64,000 nt of DNA from Octopus vulgaris (taxonomy: Eukaryota). Position 1 is the stretch's first letter, and each line of letters opens with the position of its first letter. Under the pieces are notes generated by a model, which made no database searches, had not been told where the DNA came from, and was given only the letters and a program-made list of their open reading frames with translations. The stretch lies in assembly GCA_951406725.2 (NCBI GenBank), contig OX597836.1, positions 15,128,001 through 15,192,000 on the forward strand. The letters run 5' to 3'. Positions 1-12,094 of the stretch are shown piece by piece. Position numbers and translations under genes: made by a program.

Positions 1-635
1 CTTAGCGGTAGTTTGTCTGCCGTTACGTTCTGAGTTCAAATTCCGCCGAAGTCGACTTTGCCTTTCAGGATCGATAAATAAAGAACCAATTACACACTGG
101 GGTCGATGTAGTCGACTTAATCCCTTTGTCTGTCCCTTCTATGTTTAACCCCTTGTGGGCAATAAAAAAATATATTATATTGTATGACTATGTATGTACA
201 CACACACACACACACAGACAGACATCCAACTAAACCCCACTTATCTTACAAAACCAAGTTTACAAGATGAGTGGGGCACAGTTGTATGGTTTGTCCTTTC
301 TCCACTCCTACCCCGTTTATTACTGTGCCAGGATAGGTTGAAGGGCAAAGTTAACCCTTGTATGGTTTTGAATGCAGAAGAAAGACACAGGTGATCTACT
401 CTAAGCAATAATAATAATGTCTTCATTATTTTCATTTGTACAAAAATGTTAGAAATTGATAATAAATTCTTGAAATATTCTTATAAGTACAAAAATAAAA
501 GCAAAAAGGAAAAGTGTATAACTCTCAATGCCATTAAATTGTTATTGTGTCTAATGATATACTGTCCACATTTTGTTCTCTATATCAGCCACTTACTGCT
601 TGAAGCTTACAAACTTCCTACACTTGGATCCCCAG

Positions 636-684
<49 letters not shown>

Positions 685-779
685 TTTATTTAAAAGCAGT
701 AACCCTGGTATTTGAGTACTCTTTTTTCCACCTTGTTTCACATTTATGTGTTTACTCTAGTATATATATATATATATAT

Positions 780-824
<45 letters not shown>

Positions 825-826
<2 letters not shown>

Positions 827-1048
827 TGAGAGATGCTGAAAAGTTACTGACTTTGAGTACAAGAAAGTACAGGAGGATCTGATAATTATGATTTTATTCA
901 ACATATTCCCCTCTCAGATTCACACACTTATTACAGTGGTCCTTCAGTTTTTCTAAGCCTTGTAAAAAGAACTAGAAAGGTTGGGCCCTCCAACCAGACC
1001 TTTTGTGATACATTTAAAGCAAGGAACTTTACAGCACCCACTTCGTAT
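825..1048. mobile_element. Mariner-type MITE (same family as 3770)
   Basis: Shared internal ctctcagattcacacacttatt...gtaaaagaact...ttgggcc sequence and termini. Confidence 0.65.
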
Positions 1049-1079
1049 ATACATACATATATATATATATATATATACA

Positions 1080-1119
<40 letters not shown>

Positions 1120-1679
1120 TTTCAGTGTTGAAACTATGAAAACTGGAATGGGTTTAGTCACTTCATTCATGCAGTTTAAATTAAATTGAAGAATAATCTT
1201 AGAAGCAGGTGAGATAGAAGAGAAAGGGGATGAAAGTAGAAAAGTAGATCAGGGGTAAAAAAAAAAATAGGAGGGTGTTACCCTAAGTTTAGCAATCCAA
1301 CAGAGACGAAGTTTGGAAGGAAGGAAGGAAGGAAGGAAAGAAATAAAAAAAAAAGAACAGAGGAAAATGAAAAGGAAGAAACAGGAAAGAAATGTAGACA
1401 AAACAAAAAGGATAACAATTAAATCAAGGTAAGTTTAGTAAATTATGGAGAAGGGAGTTTTTGTTTGTTTGTGTTTGTTTGTGTTATTTTTACATACTCA
1501 GAGACGTTTTGATAGGAATTCTTACTTTTAACATGAGTTGTTTTCGTTAAATTCGCTTTCTCACTTCTGATAGAAGAGAAAACGCCAAAGTTTTCAGAAG
1601 TGTTTTGGCAGTTTTAAAAGAAACAAGTGCTGGAAGGAGAGCAAGACACGTGAAAGAATGGATGAGTGTTAGTATTTCT

Positions 1680-2525
1680 TCAGAGCACCCTATATTTGTA
1701 GAAATAGCAGAGACCATTACTGAAGTTCCAACCAGCAATGAGAGACAGGAAGTACACAAACACTAGCAACGTCATTGGATACAGCAGGGAGCGGGTGTTC
1801 TTGAGGAAAGGCAACGCACTGTAGCCGAGGAAAGTTATGTAGACATAGTATCCGATAGCAACAAGCCAGAGGGTGTTGCCAAACAGTCTGGACAGGAACA
1901 AGTCATAGTTTATCACAGAATTTAAGAAGGCTAGCTGGAAGAGATGTAATATCATGAGTAAAGGGAAAAAAGCGTTCAGGTGTACGTCGAACGCGTATCC
2001 CCATTCGACATCTTGACCGCGGGGTGGAGCAATGATGAGGTATCGGTTTGTGACGAACCACAACAAAGAGGCGATCAAAATACCGACACCGATGCAGTCA
2101 ATGAAAATTACCCAGACAATAAACTTTAGAAATCCAACGAAATGTAGTTTCAAAACAAAAGCAAATCCAATTGAGGACACCAGCAACCAGAAACTGAGCA
2201 AAACTAGAAAAGCAGGGTCGTCGCGGGCCCACTGGTCCTTGGTGTGTTTGCGATACTGAAAGTTCCTGTAGACTTTTTGAGGGGACACGAACAGGTAAAT
2301 CATCTGCCAGAAAGCATATTCGAAGTCCATCTGGCGGAACTTGAACAATCTCCGAAAGTATTTCTTCCTCTTGGCAGCCGCAGTCAGTCGGGCCAAACCA
2401 TTTTCTTGGCTGATCGTCGACGAATTACTTTCTAAAGAAGTCGACCGTCTGAAACCATCGAATGGCGATTGTTGAGGTTTGGGTGAAGGTGTAGGAGAGT
2501 GTGGAACTTTACCAAACGGCTGCAT
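1680..2525 (-). CDS. UNC50: UNC-50 family Golgi/inner nuclear membrane protein, single coding exon, 281 aa
   Basis: Uninterrupted ORF with family signatures QMDFEYAFWQM, KVYRNFQYRKHTKDQWARDDPAFLVL and VEWGYAFDVHLNAFFP, plus several hydrophobic TM segments. Confidence 0.96.
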   Translation of the reverse strand: MQPFGKVPHSPTPSPKPQQSPFDGFRRSTSLESNSSTISQENGLARLTAAAKRKKYFRRLFKFRQMDFEYAFWQMIYLFVSPQKVYRNFQYRKHTKDQWARDDPAFLVLLSFWLLVSSIGFAFVLKLHFVGFLKFIVWVIFIDCIGVGILIASLLWFVTNRYLIIAPPRGQDVEWGYAFDVHLNAFFPLLMILHLFQLAFLNSVINYDLFLSRLFGNTLWLVAIGYYVYITFLGYSALPFLKNTRSLLYPMTLLVFVYFLSLIAGWNFSNGLCYFYKYRVL

Positions 2526-2597
2526 GGTCGGTTTACATTAAATAAACAAGATCAATGATATCGAATTGTTTTTCTTGGAAGGTGACGTTTCACACGA

Positions 2598-2620
2598 CAG
2601 CCATATTGCCGGAAGTTACT
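2598..2620. promoter_or_regulatory. UNC50 proximal promoter motifs (YY1-like GCCATATT adjacent to ETS CCGGAAGT)
   Basis: agccatattgccggaagt about 75-95 bp upstream of the UNC50 ATG. Confidence 0.45.
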
Positions 2621-2899
2621 TGGCAGCCGAAAAAACAACTAGAACTACTTCCGTCAAGGAGAGATAACTCTCTAACAAAAGTCGTTCCATTTCTCCTTCG
2701 GTGGTGGTGGTGGGGGGAGGGGCGGGGCTCCTTGGTGCCAACTCACTGGGGAAATCCCACTTTGATCCTAAATACGCACAAATATATTAACAAGTCCGTA
2801 TATAATTTATTAGTCATTCAAAAGTATCGAGCTTTTCTATTTATAGAAATCCAGGACATTCGGGCATTCCTACACATGTGTGCCCCACCCCCGATTCCG

Positions 2900-3072
2900 A
2901 TAATAATAATAATAATAATAATCATAGTAATAGTAGTAGTAGTAGTAGTAGTAGTAGTAATAATAATAATAATAATAATAATAGTAATAATAATAATAAT
3001 AATAGTAATAATAATAATAATAATAATAATAGTAATAATAATAATAATAATAGTAATAATAATAATAATGAT
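2900..3072. repeat. (AAT)n/(AGT)n microsatellite
   Basis: Direct inspection. Confidence 0.95.
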
Positions 3073-3332
3073 GATGAAATTATTGTATACAGTGCTCAGG
3101 TGCGCCACAACTTGTCAAAAGTGCGTATAAAGCATATGCAGTAATATACAAATGTTTGGGAAGCGAACAATGTATGAGTCAGATACATGCTTGTGTGTGT
3201 ATGGAGGGGAGAAAATCAGGTGTAGTGTTGGCGAATCTCAGGAAGCATGGAAGTTTTGAAGGATGCAGTGCTCCGACAACTAACAACTGATGCTGGCAGT
3301 TTGTTCCATGCTTCAGCAACTCTTAGCGTGAC
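3065..3332 (-). mobile_element. CR1-like LINE 3' end
   Basis: Minus frame TLRVAEAWNKLPASVVSCRSTASFK, followed by a UTR and an (ATT)n tail. Confidence 0.75.
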
Positions 3333-3611
3333 TATCGGAATGTGATGGGAAAAATTCTTTCTGTGGGTGGGAAGAGGAGTTTCGGAAAATTCACACGATT
3401 CGGCTTTGTTTCCTCATAACTTTCAGAAAAATGAGTTTAAATGAGTTTAAAATTTTTTGTTGGCATTCCTACACATGTGTGTTCACACTCTACTTTGTTT
3501 CCTCATTATTTCCAGAAAATATGGACATATTTTAATGAAAATTTCTACAAGTACACATTTCAGATGGTATAGATACTGATTCTATAGGAATTTGTTGTGA
3601 AAAAAATTATA

Positions 3612-3709
3612 TAGATACATATATATATATATATATATATATCGATAGATAGATAGATAGGTAGATAGATAGATAGATAGATAGATAGGCAGGTAGGTAG
3701 ATAGGTAGG

Positions 3710-3761
<52 letters not shown>

Positions 3762-3770
3762 CAGACAGAT
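3612..3770. repeat. (TA)n/(GATA)n microsatellite
   Basis: Direct inspection. Confidence 0.95.
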
Positions 3771-3998
3771 ACGAGGGAGTGCTGGAAAGTTCCTGGCTTT
3801 GGGTAGAAGAAAATACAGGAGGATTAATTAATTAATTATGATTTTATTGAACATATTCGCCTCTCAGATTCACACACTTATTGAAGCAGTCCTTCAGGTT
3901 TTCTTAAGCCCTGTAAAAGAACTCGGAAGTTTGGGCCTCCAACCAAGCCTTTCATGATACCCTAAGAGCCAGGAACTTTTCAATAACTCCCCCCTCAT
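3770..3998. mobile_element. Mariner-type MITE
   Basis: TA-cgagggagtgctggaaagttcctggc / agccaggaacttttcaa..ccctcata inverted ends; related copies at about 825-1048 and 14226-14450. Confidence 0.7.
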
Positions 3999-5719
3999 AT
4001 CTATATAAGATAAGGCATAAATAATGGTCATTAAATATTTTCCTTTATTGTAGTAAATTTTACTTATAGCTGTATCCAATAGTCATTATAGATTCATATT
4101 GATAAATTTATTCAACTGGGTCATTGCTAAGCTTAGAAAAATTGAACAACCTAGAAAATTGATGTCACTTTTGTCAGACTTATTTCTGGTTTATAACCAA
4201 ACAGAACACTGAAAGAATGGTACAGGCATGTGGAAGGAGGGTGAAGAGAGGCAATAAGTATAAGTTTAGAGTAGTGGAAGAGAGATAAAGAGGAAAGGGA
4301 AAGAAAAAAGTGATGAATTGGAAAAGAAGGACTAAAGGAAAGAAAGGGAGAGAGGAAGGAATAGAATGGAGGAGGGAGGCATTCGATAGAAATGGAGCAG
4401 AGGATGCTCCGAAATTGAGGAAAGAACAGTCATAAAAGCATTAGTTTTTGTAATTGGGTCATAACACAAAAACAGTTGCATTGTCTTCAGGTCAAATTTG
4501 ATTATAGGCCACTTACTCTCGTGGTCAACTCTTCAATATTTAGTCATTCATACTATTCCACACAGAAAGGGAATTGTATTAAAAAGTGAATGGAAAATCA
4601 GCAGTAATTGTATTATGATGGCAAGAAAAAGAAAGCTTTTGTGAGAGTGGATATTAAACAGAGATAGAGAGAGAAATATGAGGTCAAAAATAAAAATAAA
4701 ATAAAAGAGAGTTATTTTAAAAATCAAAAATCAAATAAAATTGAAAGCCAAATATAATTTTAAATTAATTGAATTAAAAGACTTTTTAAAAATATTAAAA
4801 TTAAAAATATAAAAATTAGAAATTAATGAAAATTTTTTTAATCTTAAATGTTTAAAATATTTTTTTATATACAAAAATTAGAAAATAATAATAATTAATT
4901 TAAAGAATTTTAAAGGATTATATATATATATTCATATGCATACACACACATATATATACACATTTATAAATTAGATAAGATGATTTGCATTTATCCCTCA
5001 GGTATCATATTCATCATGACCAATGTCTCTCGCTATTGTGTTAAAGTTATCTAGGGAACCTACTGAAAAATTTATTGTAGAAATACTTAGTTTATCACAA
5101 ATTCCTATCAACAGTTAATTAGGTTACTCTCTGGCATAAATATTTGAAGTGACTTCTCTAGGCATAGTTCATATCTTCATACAATTTCATATGGTTTTGT
5201 TCAACTTAGGATTGATCATTTTAATTCATATTTTGTTATTTTTTTTGGACTCATATAAATGAGAGCAAATGATGTAAGCTTTACTTGGCAGAGAGGGAAA
5301 GAATCTTAAAAAACTTTCTCAATCCAGGGACCTTTTTAAACTCCAGGAAAAAAGTATTCAGTCAATGCCCACATCTAAAACGTTTCCTACTACAAACTTG
5401 GAATTCCCTATTTATTGATAAGAACCAAGCAAGAACTGTATGCTCCCTGTACAATCTTGTAGTTTTGTACTAATATAAAAAAAGGAAAAAATCGTTTTTT
5501 GCATTAAACACCTCAATTCCTGTTTCTCCTTCAACCTAAAGTAGAAGATGTTTCTGTATGAAGAAAAAAAACAACCAATATTTAAACTAATCAAATTGGT
5601 CTATGGAAGTCAACTATGCTTTCCATACTATTAACTTCCTAAAAAAATACATTATTGCTCTAATGCTTTAGAATATGTTTCTTTTGGAGGATATATGAAC
5701 TACTGTCGATATATTTCTC

Positions 5720-5882
5720 TATGGCTGTGTGGTAGGTAGCTTGCTAACCAACCACATGGTTCCGGGTTCAGCCCCACTGCGTGGCATCTTGGGCAAGTGT
5801 CTTCTGCTATAGCCCCGGGCCGACCAATACCTTGTGAGTGGATTTGGTAGACGGAAACTGAAAGAAGCCTGTCGTATATATG

Positions 5883-5942
<60 letters not shown>

Positions 5943-6150
5943 TATGTCTGTGTTTGTCCCCCTAGCATTGCTTGACAACCAATGCTGGTGTGTTTACGTC
6001 CCCGTCACTTAGCGGTTCGGCAAAAGAGACCAATAGAATAAGTACTGGGCTTACAAAGAATAAGTCCCGGGGTCGATTTGCTCGACTAAAGGCGGTGCTC
6101 CAGCATGGCCACAGTCAAATGACTGAAACAAGTAAAAGAGTAAAAGAGAG
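5720..6150 (+). mobile_element. tRNA-derived SINE family A
   Basis: Pol III A box tggctgtgtgg and B box ggttcagcccc, internal (TA/TG)n, gtaaaaga tail; about 20 copies in the window. Confidence 0.85.
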
Positions 6151-6549
6151 AGTTTTGATTGCTGAAATGTAATATTCTTATGTTATTTTTTATTCTTTTG
6201 TTATCCACTGACATCACCAAAAGTTGAATACAAAAATTTCTTAGATTATATTTCTTCTTAATATTCCTTTTCGTAGGTGTTCATGTATTGGAAATATTTC
6301 CTTAGTTTTGGGTTTTGTTGTTTTCTGTCTTAATTCTAGTCACATCTCCAATGCATTATAGAATACTGTTCTGGCTGGTCAGAAAAAGCAAGGACCCAAA
6401 ACATTAAGAGCCATAACTAAATACTGTTATGCCTGAAACTCTGACAATTCTGTTAATTCACTACCATTGCAAGTGATGAAAAAAAAAGTAGAGGTGTACT
6501 TGATTAAGTGGAATTCTGTTTTAAGCACCCCAAATAACACCTCATAACT

Positions 6550-6960
6550 TACTCTTTACTCTTTTACTTGTTTCAGTCATTTGACTGCAGTCATGCTGGA
6601 GCACCACCTTTAGTCGAGCAACTTGACCCCGGGACTTATTCTTTTTGTAAGCCCAGTACTTATTCTATTGGTCTCTTTTTGCCGAACCGCTAGGTGACAG
6701 GGACGTAAACACACCAGCATCGGGTGTCAAGCAATGCTAGGGGAACAAACACAAACACACAAACACACACACACATATATATATATATATACATATATAC
6801 GACAGGCTTCTTTCAGTTTCCGTCTACCAAATCCACTCACAAGGCATTGGTCGGCCCGGGGCGAAAGCAGAAGACACTTGCCCAAGATACCTCGCAGTGG
6901 GACTGAACCCGGAACCATGTGGTTGGTTAGCAAGCTACTTACCACACAGCCACTCCAGCC
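6550..6960 (-). mobile_element. SINE family A
   Basis: Reverse-complement copy. Confidence 0.85.
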
Positions 6961-7300
6961 TCATAACATTTAAATTTTTTTTGGAATTTTCAGGAAATTT
7001 TGCCAAATTTTTATTCTACAGAGTGGAATTTATACAACTATAAAAAAAAAACAAAAATATTTTTCGCGATTTAAAGGCTATTTAGCTGCTATTTTTAGCA
7101 CATCTCACGACTACCTGATACCCTCCTCGTTTCTTTGACCCTCTGACGTTTTGTTGTGCTAAAAATATCAGCCTTTAAGTCACGCATCAAAATTTTTTTT
7201 GTGCTTGGGTTTTGCATTACAGTATGAATTCCTGTGCGTAGAACACAAAGTCGCAAAAGATTTTCTGAAAATTCCCCAAAATAATAAAGGGTAGACTACA

Positions 7301-7561
7301 TGGAAGCACTCCGTCGGTTACGACGACGAGGGTTCCGGTTGATCCGAATCAACGGAACAGCCTGCTCGTGAAATTAACGTGTAAGTGGCTGAGCATTCCA
7401 CAGACACGTGTACCTTTAACGTAGTTCTCGGGGATATTCAGCGTGACACAAAGAGTGACAAGGCCGGCCCTTTGAAATACAGGTACAACAGAAACAGGAA
7501 GAAAGAGTGAGAGACAGTTGTGGTGAAAGAGTACAGCAGGGATCACCACCACCCCTGCCGG
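7301..7561 (-). mobile_element. SINE family C, 5'-truncated, upstream of RTRAF
   Basis: 13-bp TSD agggtagactaca at 7288-7300 and 7562-7574. Confidence 0.88.
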
Positions 7562-7689
7562 AGGGTAGACTACAACTACAGCGGTGGAAAGCACGTTGAA
7601 ATGTGTCTATATTGTTTTGAATACCAACAGTGCTCTCCCTTAGAACAGCAACATCGATCGATCGCCAGATGGTAGCAGCAGTTCCGTAG

Positions 7690-7701
7690 TCCGCCATATT
7701 G
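7690..7701. promoter_or_regulatory. YY1-like site upstream of RTRAF
   Basis: ccgccatatt matches CGCCATNTT about 55 bp before the ATG in a locally CpG-rich stretch. Confidence 0.45.
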
Positions 7702-7749
7702 TCATTTATTTGTCGTCGGCGAATTTTTTAGTTTGTTTATTCATCGACA

Positions 7750-8499
7750 ATGTCTTTCAGGCGGAAACTGTTGGCTTTGGAATATCATAACCCGGAGGCA
7801 TTTAACATCAAGGACGATAAGTGCATTCGAGCGATTGTCCATTGGCTAGAAGACCAAAAGATTCGTCATTACAAGATCTCCGATCGCGACGCAATCCGCG
7901 ACACGGCGAGCGACACATGGCAAGAAGCCTTCAAGAACTACCTCTCGGAATTGGGTTGCCCTTACAACGCCGACGAGACCCCCGCAGTGATGGACTGGCT
8001 GCTGGGTTACGCCGTTCGTCTGGAGTACGGCGACAACCTGGAGAAGTACAAAGTCGCCACTGCCGATTCGGTGAAACGACTGAAGGCCGACGGAAAGACC
8101 CAGTCTTCGAATCCTCTCGACAATCTGGACTTTAACGACCCCCATTTCAAAGCCGGCATCGCATCTCTATCCATGATACTGCAGATTCCACCCCATCCCG
8201 ATCACCTGGAACAGCTAAAAGCCATCTGTATTCTGGTACAGGAGAAATTCTCCAAGGAAGCCCTTGCCAAAAGCAACTTTTCGGGCAACCCTAAGGACCA
8301 TATCCCAATTGACAAGACAGTGTTAGGTTTCGATGCTGGCGATTACATATTGAACGATGCTGCTAAGGTATTGCGTCTGCTGCACATCAAGGAACTCCGT
8401 GAGTTGCAAACTAACATAAATAGCATTATTGTAGGGGTACAAGCTTTGACGGCGAACCCCAAAACTGACACTAGGCTTGGTAAAGTAGGTAGGGCTTGA
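7750..8499 (+). CDS. RTRAF: RNA transcription, translation and transport factor (C14orf166/CGI-99), single coding exon, 249 aa
   Basis: N-terminal FRRKLLALEY, WLEDQKIRHYKI, DWLLGYAVRLEY and C-terminal LRLLHIKELRELQT...TANPKTDTRLGKVG motifs. Confidence 0.95.
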   Translation: MSFRRKLLALEYHNPEAFNIKDDKCIRAIVHWLEDQKIRHYKISDRDAIRDTASDTWQEAFKNYLSELGCPYNADETPAVMDWLLGYAVRLEYGDNLEKYKVATADSVKRLKADGKTQSSNPLDNLDFNDPHFKAGIASLSMILQIPPHPDHLEQLKAICILVQEKFSKEALAKSNFSGNPKDHIPIDKTVLGFDAGDYILNDAAKVLRLLHIKELRELQTNINSIIVGVQALTANPKTDTRLGKVGRA

Positions 8500-9114
8500 A
8501 TTGGCCCTTTTCAAAGGAACAGATTTTCTTTGTTTTTTTACTATTTCTGTGCCTGTCATTATTACTTTATACTTTGTGACACTTGTTCCTTGAATGCCCT
8601 TTTTTTTTTTTTTAAACCTCCCTAAACATATATAAAACAAGGAAAGATGACCGAAATATTGTTGGTTTTTTTTCTTCTTTTATGTTTTATCTAATTAAAG
8701 ACATCTATTGAGCTCCAGCCCAACAAACACTCAAGTCCCAGTTATTATTATACATACACGTCGCACATTTCTGTGTGTTTGAAGTTTTGTTAATTAATAT
8801 CTTCTTTTGTGTGTGTGTGTGATTTTTCTTTAGGTAGATCCTGCTTTGTAAGAAGATTTCCATTAAAGACAGCACAAAGTATTTTCCAGCAAAACAACTT
8901 CGCCTTTTTTTTCTCTCTTATTTTACTCATTGGAACCTTATTTGGCGCCGTGGAATCAAATACCGTGTTTCCCTTTGTCGCTAATGTTTTTTTTCTTTTG
9001 TGTGTGTATGTGTGTTTTCATTTAAGGTATGAACAATGCAGCTTATTTTTTATTTAATTAATATCCTAAAAATTCGAATCCTTCTTTTAAAAGAGTTTTT
9101 TTTTTAAATATATA

Positions 9115-9321
9115 CTCTTTACTCTTTTCAGTCATTTGATTGCGGCCATGCTGGAGCACTGCCTTTAGTCGAGCAAATCGACCCCGGGACTTATTCTTTG
9201 TAAGCCCAGTACTTATTCTATCGGTCTCTTTTTGCCGAACCGCTAAGTGACTGGGACGTAAACACACCAGCATTGGTTGTCAAGCAATGCTAGGGGGACA
9301 AATACTGACACACAAACACAT

Positions 9322-9380
<59 letters not shown>

Positions 9381-9547
9381 TATATACGGGCTTCTTTCAG
9401 TTTCCGTCTACCAAATCCACTCACAAGGCATTGGTCGGCCCGGGGCTATAGCAGAAGACACTTGCCCAAGATGCCACGCAGTGGGACTGAACCCGGAACC
9501 ATGTGGTTGGTTAGCAAGCTACTAACCACACAGCCACTCCTGCGCCT
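9115..9547 (-). mobile_element. SINE family A
   Basis: Full-length reverse-complement copy. Confidence 0.85.
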
Positions 9548-9859
9548 ATATATATATTTTAATTTAATTTAGCTGCTATCACTGGATAAAAGTCTATCAA
9601 TTCTCTAAAACTAAACAGTTGTAATAGTAGCAATAAGATTTTGCAGTATTAATGTTTTGCTTTATTCACTTTCTAAACAGTGAAAAAAAAACCCCACACC
9701 ATTGATTATGAAATCAAATGGAAAAGAGCTCCCACATACCCCCAAAGGTGCAAAAAAAAATCCATGAACCACAATGATGTGCAGACCTGTCTCAGGTTTG
9801 TGGCACTGGTATTTCATCGTCGTTGATCATATCTGGCAGGGATCATGACAGTTATGTAT

Positions 9860-9995
9860 TATTATTATTATGGTCGAGTTCCAACTGGGGCCACAGCAAT
9901 GGTATCCACCCACAACACTTCTCGGTCCATCATCACTGCCTCGAGTTCCTCGATACATTCCAGGCCAGGATCTGCAATCAAGTTGTCCAGCACCC
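9860..9995 (-). mobile_element. RTE-like LINE 3' end fragment
   Basis: Minus frame LDNLIADPGLECIEELEAVMMDREVLW followed by a (TAA)n tail. Confidence 0.55.
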
Positions 9996-10039
9996 TAACC
10001 ATTAAGCCATGCACCTCTACTTGTCTACTTCAATAACAT

Positions 10040-10340
10040 ACTCTCTCTTTTACTCTTTTACTCATGCTGGAGCACCGCTAAGTGATGGGGACGTAAACAC
10101 ACCAGCATCGGTTGTCAAGCGATGTTTGGGGGGACAAACAGACACACACATATACACACACACACATATATACATATATACGACGGGCTTCTTTCAGGTT
10201 TCGTTTACCAAATCCACTCACAAGGCATTGGTCGGCCCGGGGCTATAGCAGAAGACACTTGCCCAAGATGCCACACAGTGGGACTGAACCCGGAACCATG
10301 TGGTTGGTTAGCAAGCTACTTACCACACAGCCACTCCTAT
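10040..10340 (-). mobile_element. SINE family A (internally deleted)
   Basis: Head and tail present. Confidence 0.8.
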
Positions 10341-12094
10341 ATGATAATAACAGTTTCACTTCATGGAGAAACTGAAGATTAAATGGTACAAAATGTAATA
10401 ATTATTGTCTTGCAAGCTGCATGGTGACCTTATTAGTGCAGGTAACATGAAAAAAGCATCCAGTATACACTGTGAAGTGGTTGGCATTAGGAAGGGCATC
10501 TAGCCATAGAAACCATGCCAAAGCAGACACATGAACATGATGCAGTTTTGGGATCTTTGTTAAACCATCCAACCCATGCCAGCAGGGAACATAGATATTA
10601 AAAATGATGATGATGATGGTTTCATTCAGAAGAGTGATGCTTATGACCTATCTTAAATGTTAGCAACAGAGTGGACCCATTAAAGATAACCTACATACCT
10701 GATGGTTGTGTTAGACTTGTTGATGGATTATGTCTGTCACCCCTTCCCCAATAACAGGAACAGACCCTCAGATAGACTTACCCCACCATTTTTGTTCATC
10801 AAATTCCACTCACAAGACTTTGGTCAGTTTTATCCTTTAGCATTAAATTGGTCAAATCCAGCCCAAATATTCTACTTGTTTTATGTTCAAACTGGCCAGA
10901 CAAGGCCTCTCACACCTTCCCTTTATTGTCATTTAGAAAATAAACAATTGCATAATTGCCATCTTGAAGCTACAAGACAGTGCACGATCAATACAAAACA
11001 GTGTGAATAAATAAGTATTACATTTGACAAAGTAATCTTGAATGCTAAAAGATTTTTTTTCCTATCAAGGTATCATCCAGTCAGGCTGATTGCCTGGGCC
11101 AGCTAAAGGATTAAAGAATTCCAAATATTAGATTAATGAGGACAATATTATTTTACTAGGTTTTTTTTCAAAGTTAGTAACAAAAAGGTTAAACTAGAGA
11201 AGGTTCCCCAAGTGGTTATTCATTATGTTGAAAATAATAACTGAATGTACCCCAGATCACACTCACCTTTAAAAAAGAAATAGGAAATTAGGAAGGGAAA
11301 TGGGGCAGTGAAGCCCTAGATATACTGTCTGTAAAAAAAGGACATCCATGGATGGAAGTCCTGTGATCATTGGTTTGCTGGATCAGGATATATTTAAAAG
11401 TACCAAAATTTCTCTCAACCTGGACTCTGTCATCTGAAAACTCTTAACATCAGCCACTGTTGTCCCTTCATCAAATTTCTTGAAGACATCACCTGAATTG
11501 TATATCAGTACTCCTGGATGGATGTTACTTATCTCAGCTTTATGACAGCCTTTGGGCCATCCGTGTGTGATACACAAATTATGAAATACCTAAGCTGCAA
11601 ACCTTGAACATTTACAAGGACAATCAGTTCATTTCTTTTCACAGGAAAGTTTGACTATTCAGGCAAGTATTAAGCAAAAAAATTTTGTACCTAGAATGTA
11701 TGTTGAATATTTTGAAGACTCTCCAGAAAAGCTTAACATACATGACATTGCACAAAATAACTTTTTTCACCTAAAAATATTGACTGCTCTGAATTTCTCC
11801 AGAAGAGCAGCATTAGAAGTCTTGTGGTGTTTGTTAATATCGACTTTGAAATTTCATAAAAATGCCTAATGAATTTGCTGGGCAACAATGTCTGATCACA
11901 ATTCTCATTTAGCTGGTGTGACGTGTGTGTGACAAAAATGGATGTGACATTTTCCAAGACAGATATTTTTTACATCTTGCAATTAGTGTACATCTGAAAA
12001 AAATTGCCCCACTATTGATATCTGACAGAAAATGAACCATTTGAACATACCTTTACAGGTATATAGTGATTTTTCTGGGCATTCTAAGATGCTC

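Noticed and set aside
2555-3144. Poly-I/V/N ORFs (similarly poly-S/L/T at 42860-43187)
   Set aside because: Trinucleotide microsatellites.
5700-6973. Recurrent ORFs such as MSSNARGTN...RRASFSFRLPNPLTR
   Set aside because: Chance reading frames within SINE family A copies.
7821-8145. Overlapping ORFs within RTRAF (also within UNC50 and NTPCR)
   Set aside because: Alternative-frame or antisense shadows of real GC-rich CDSs.
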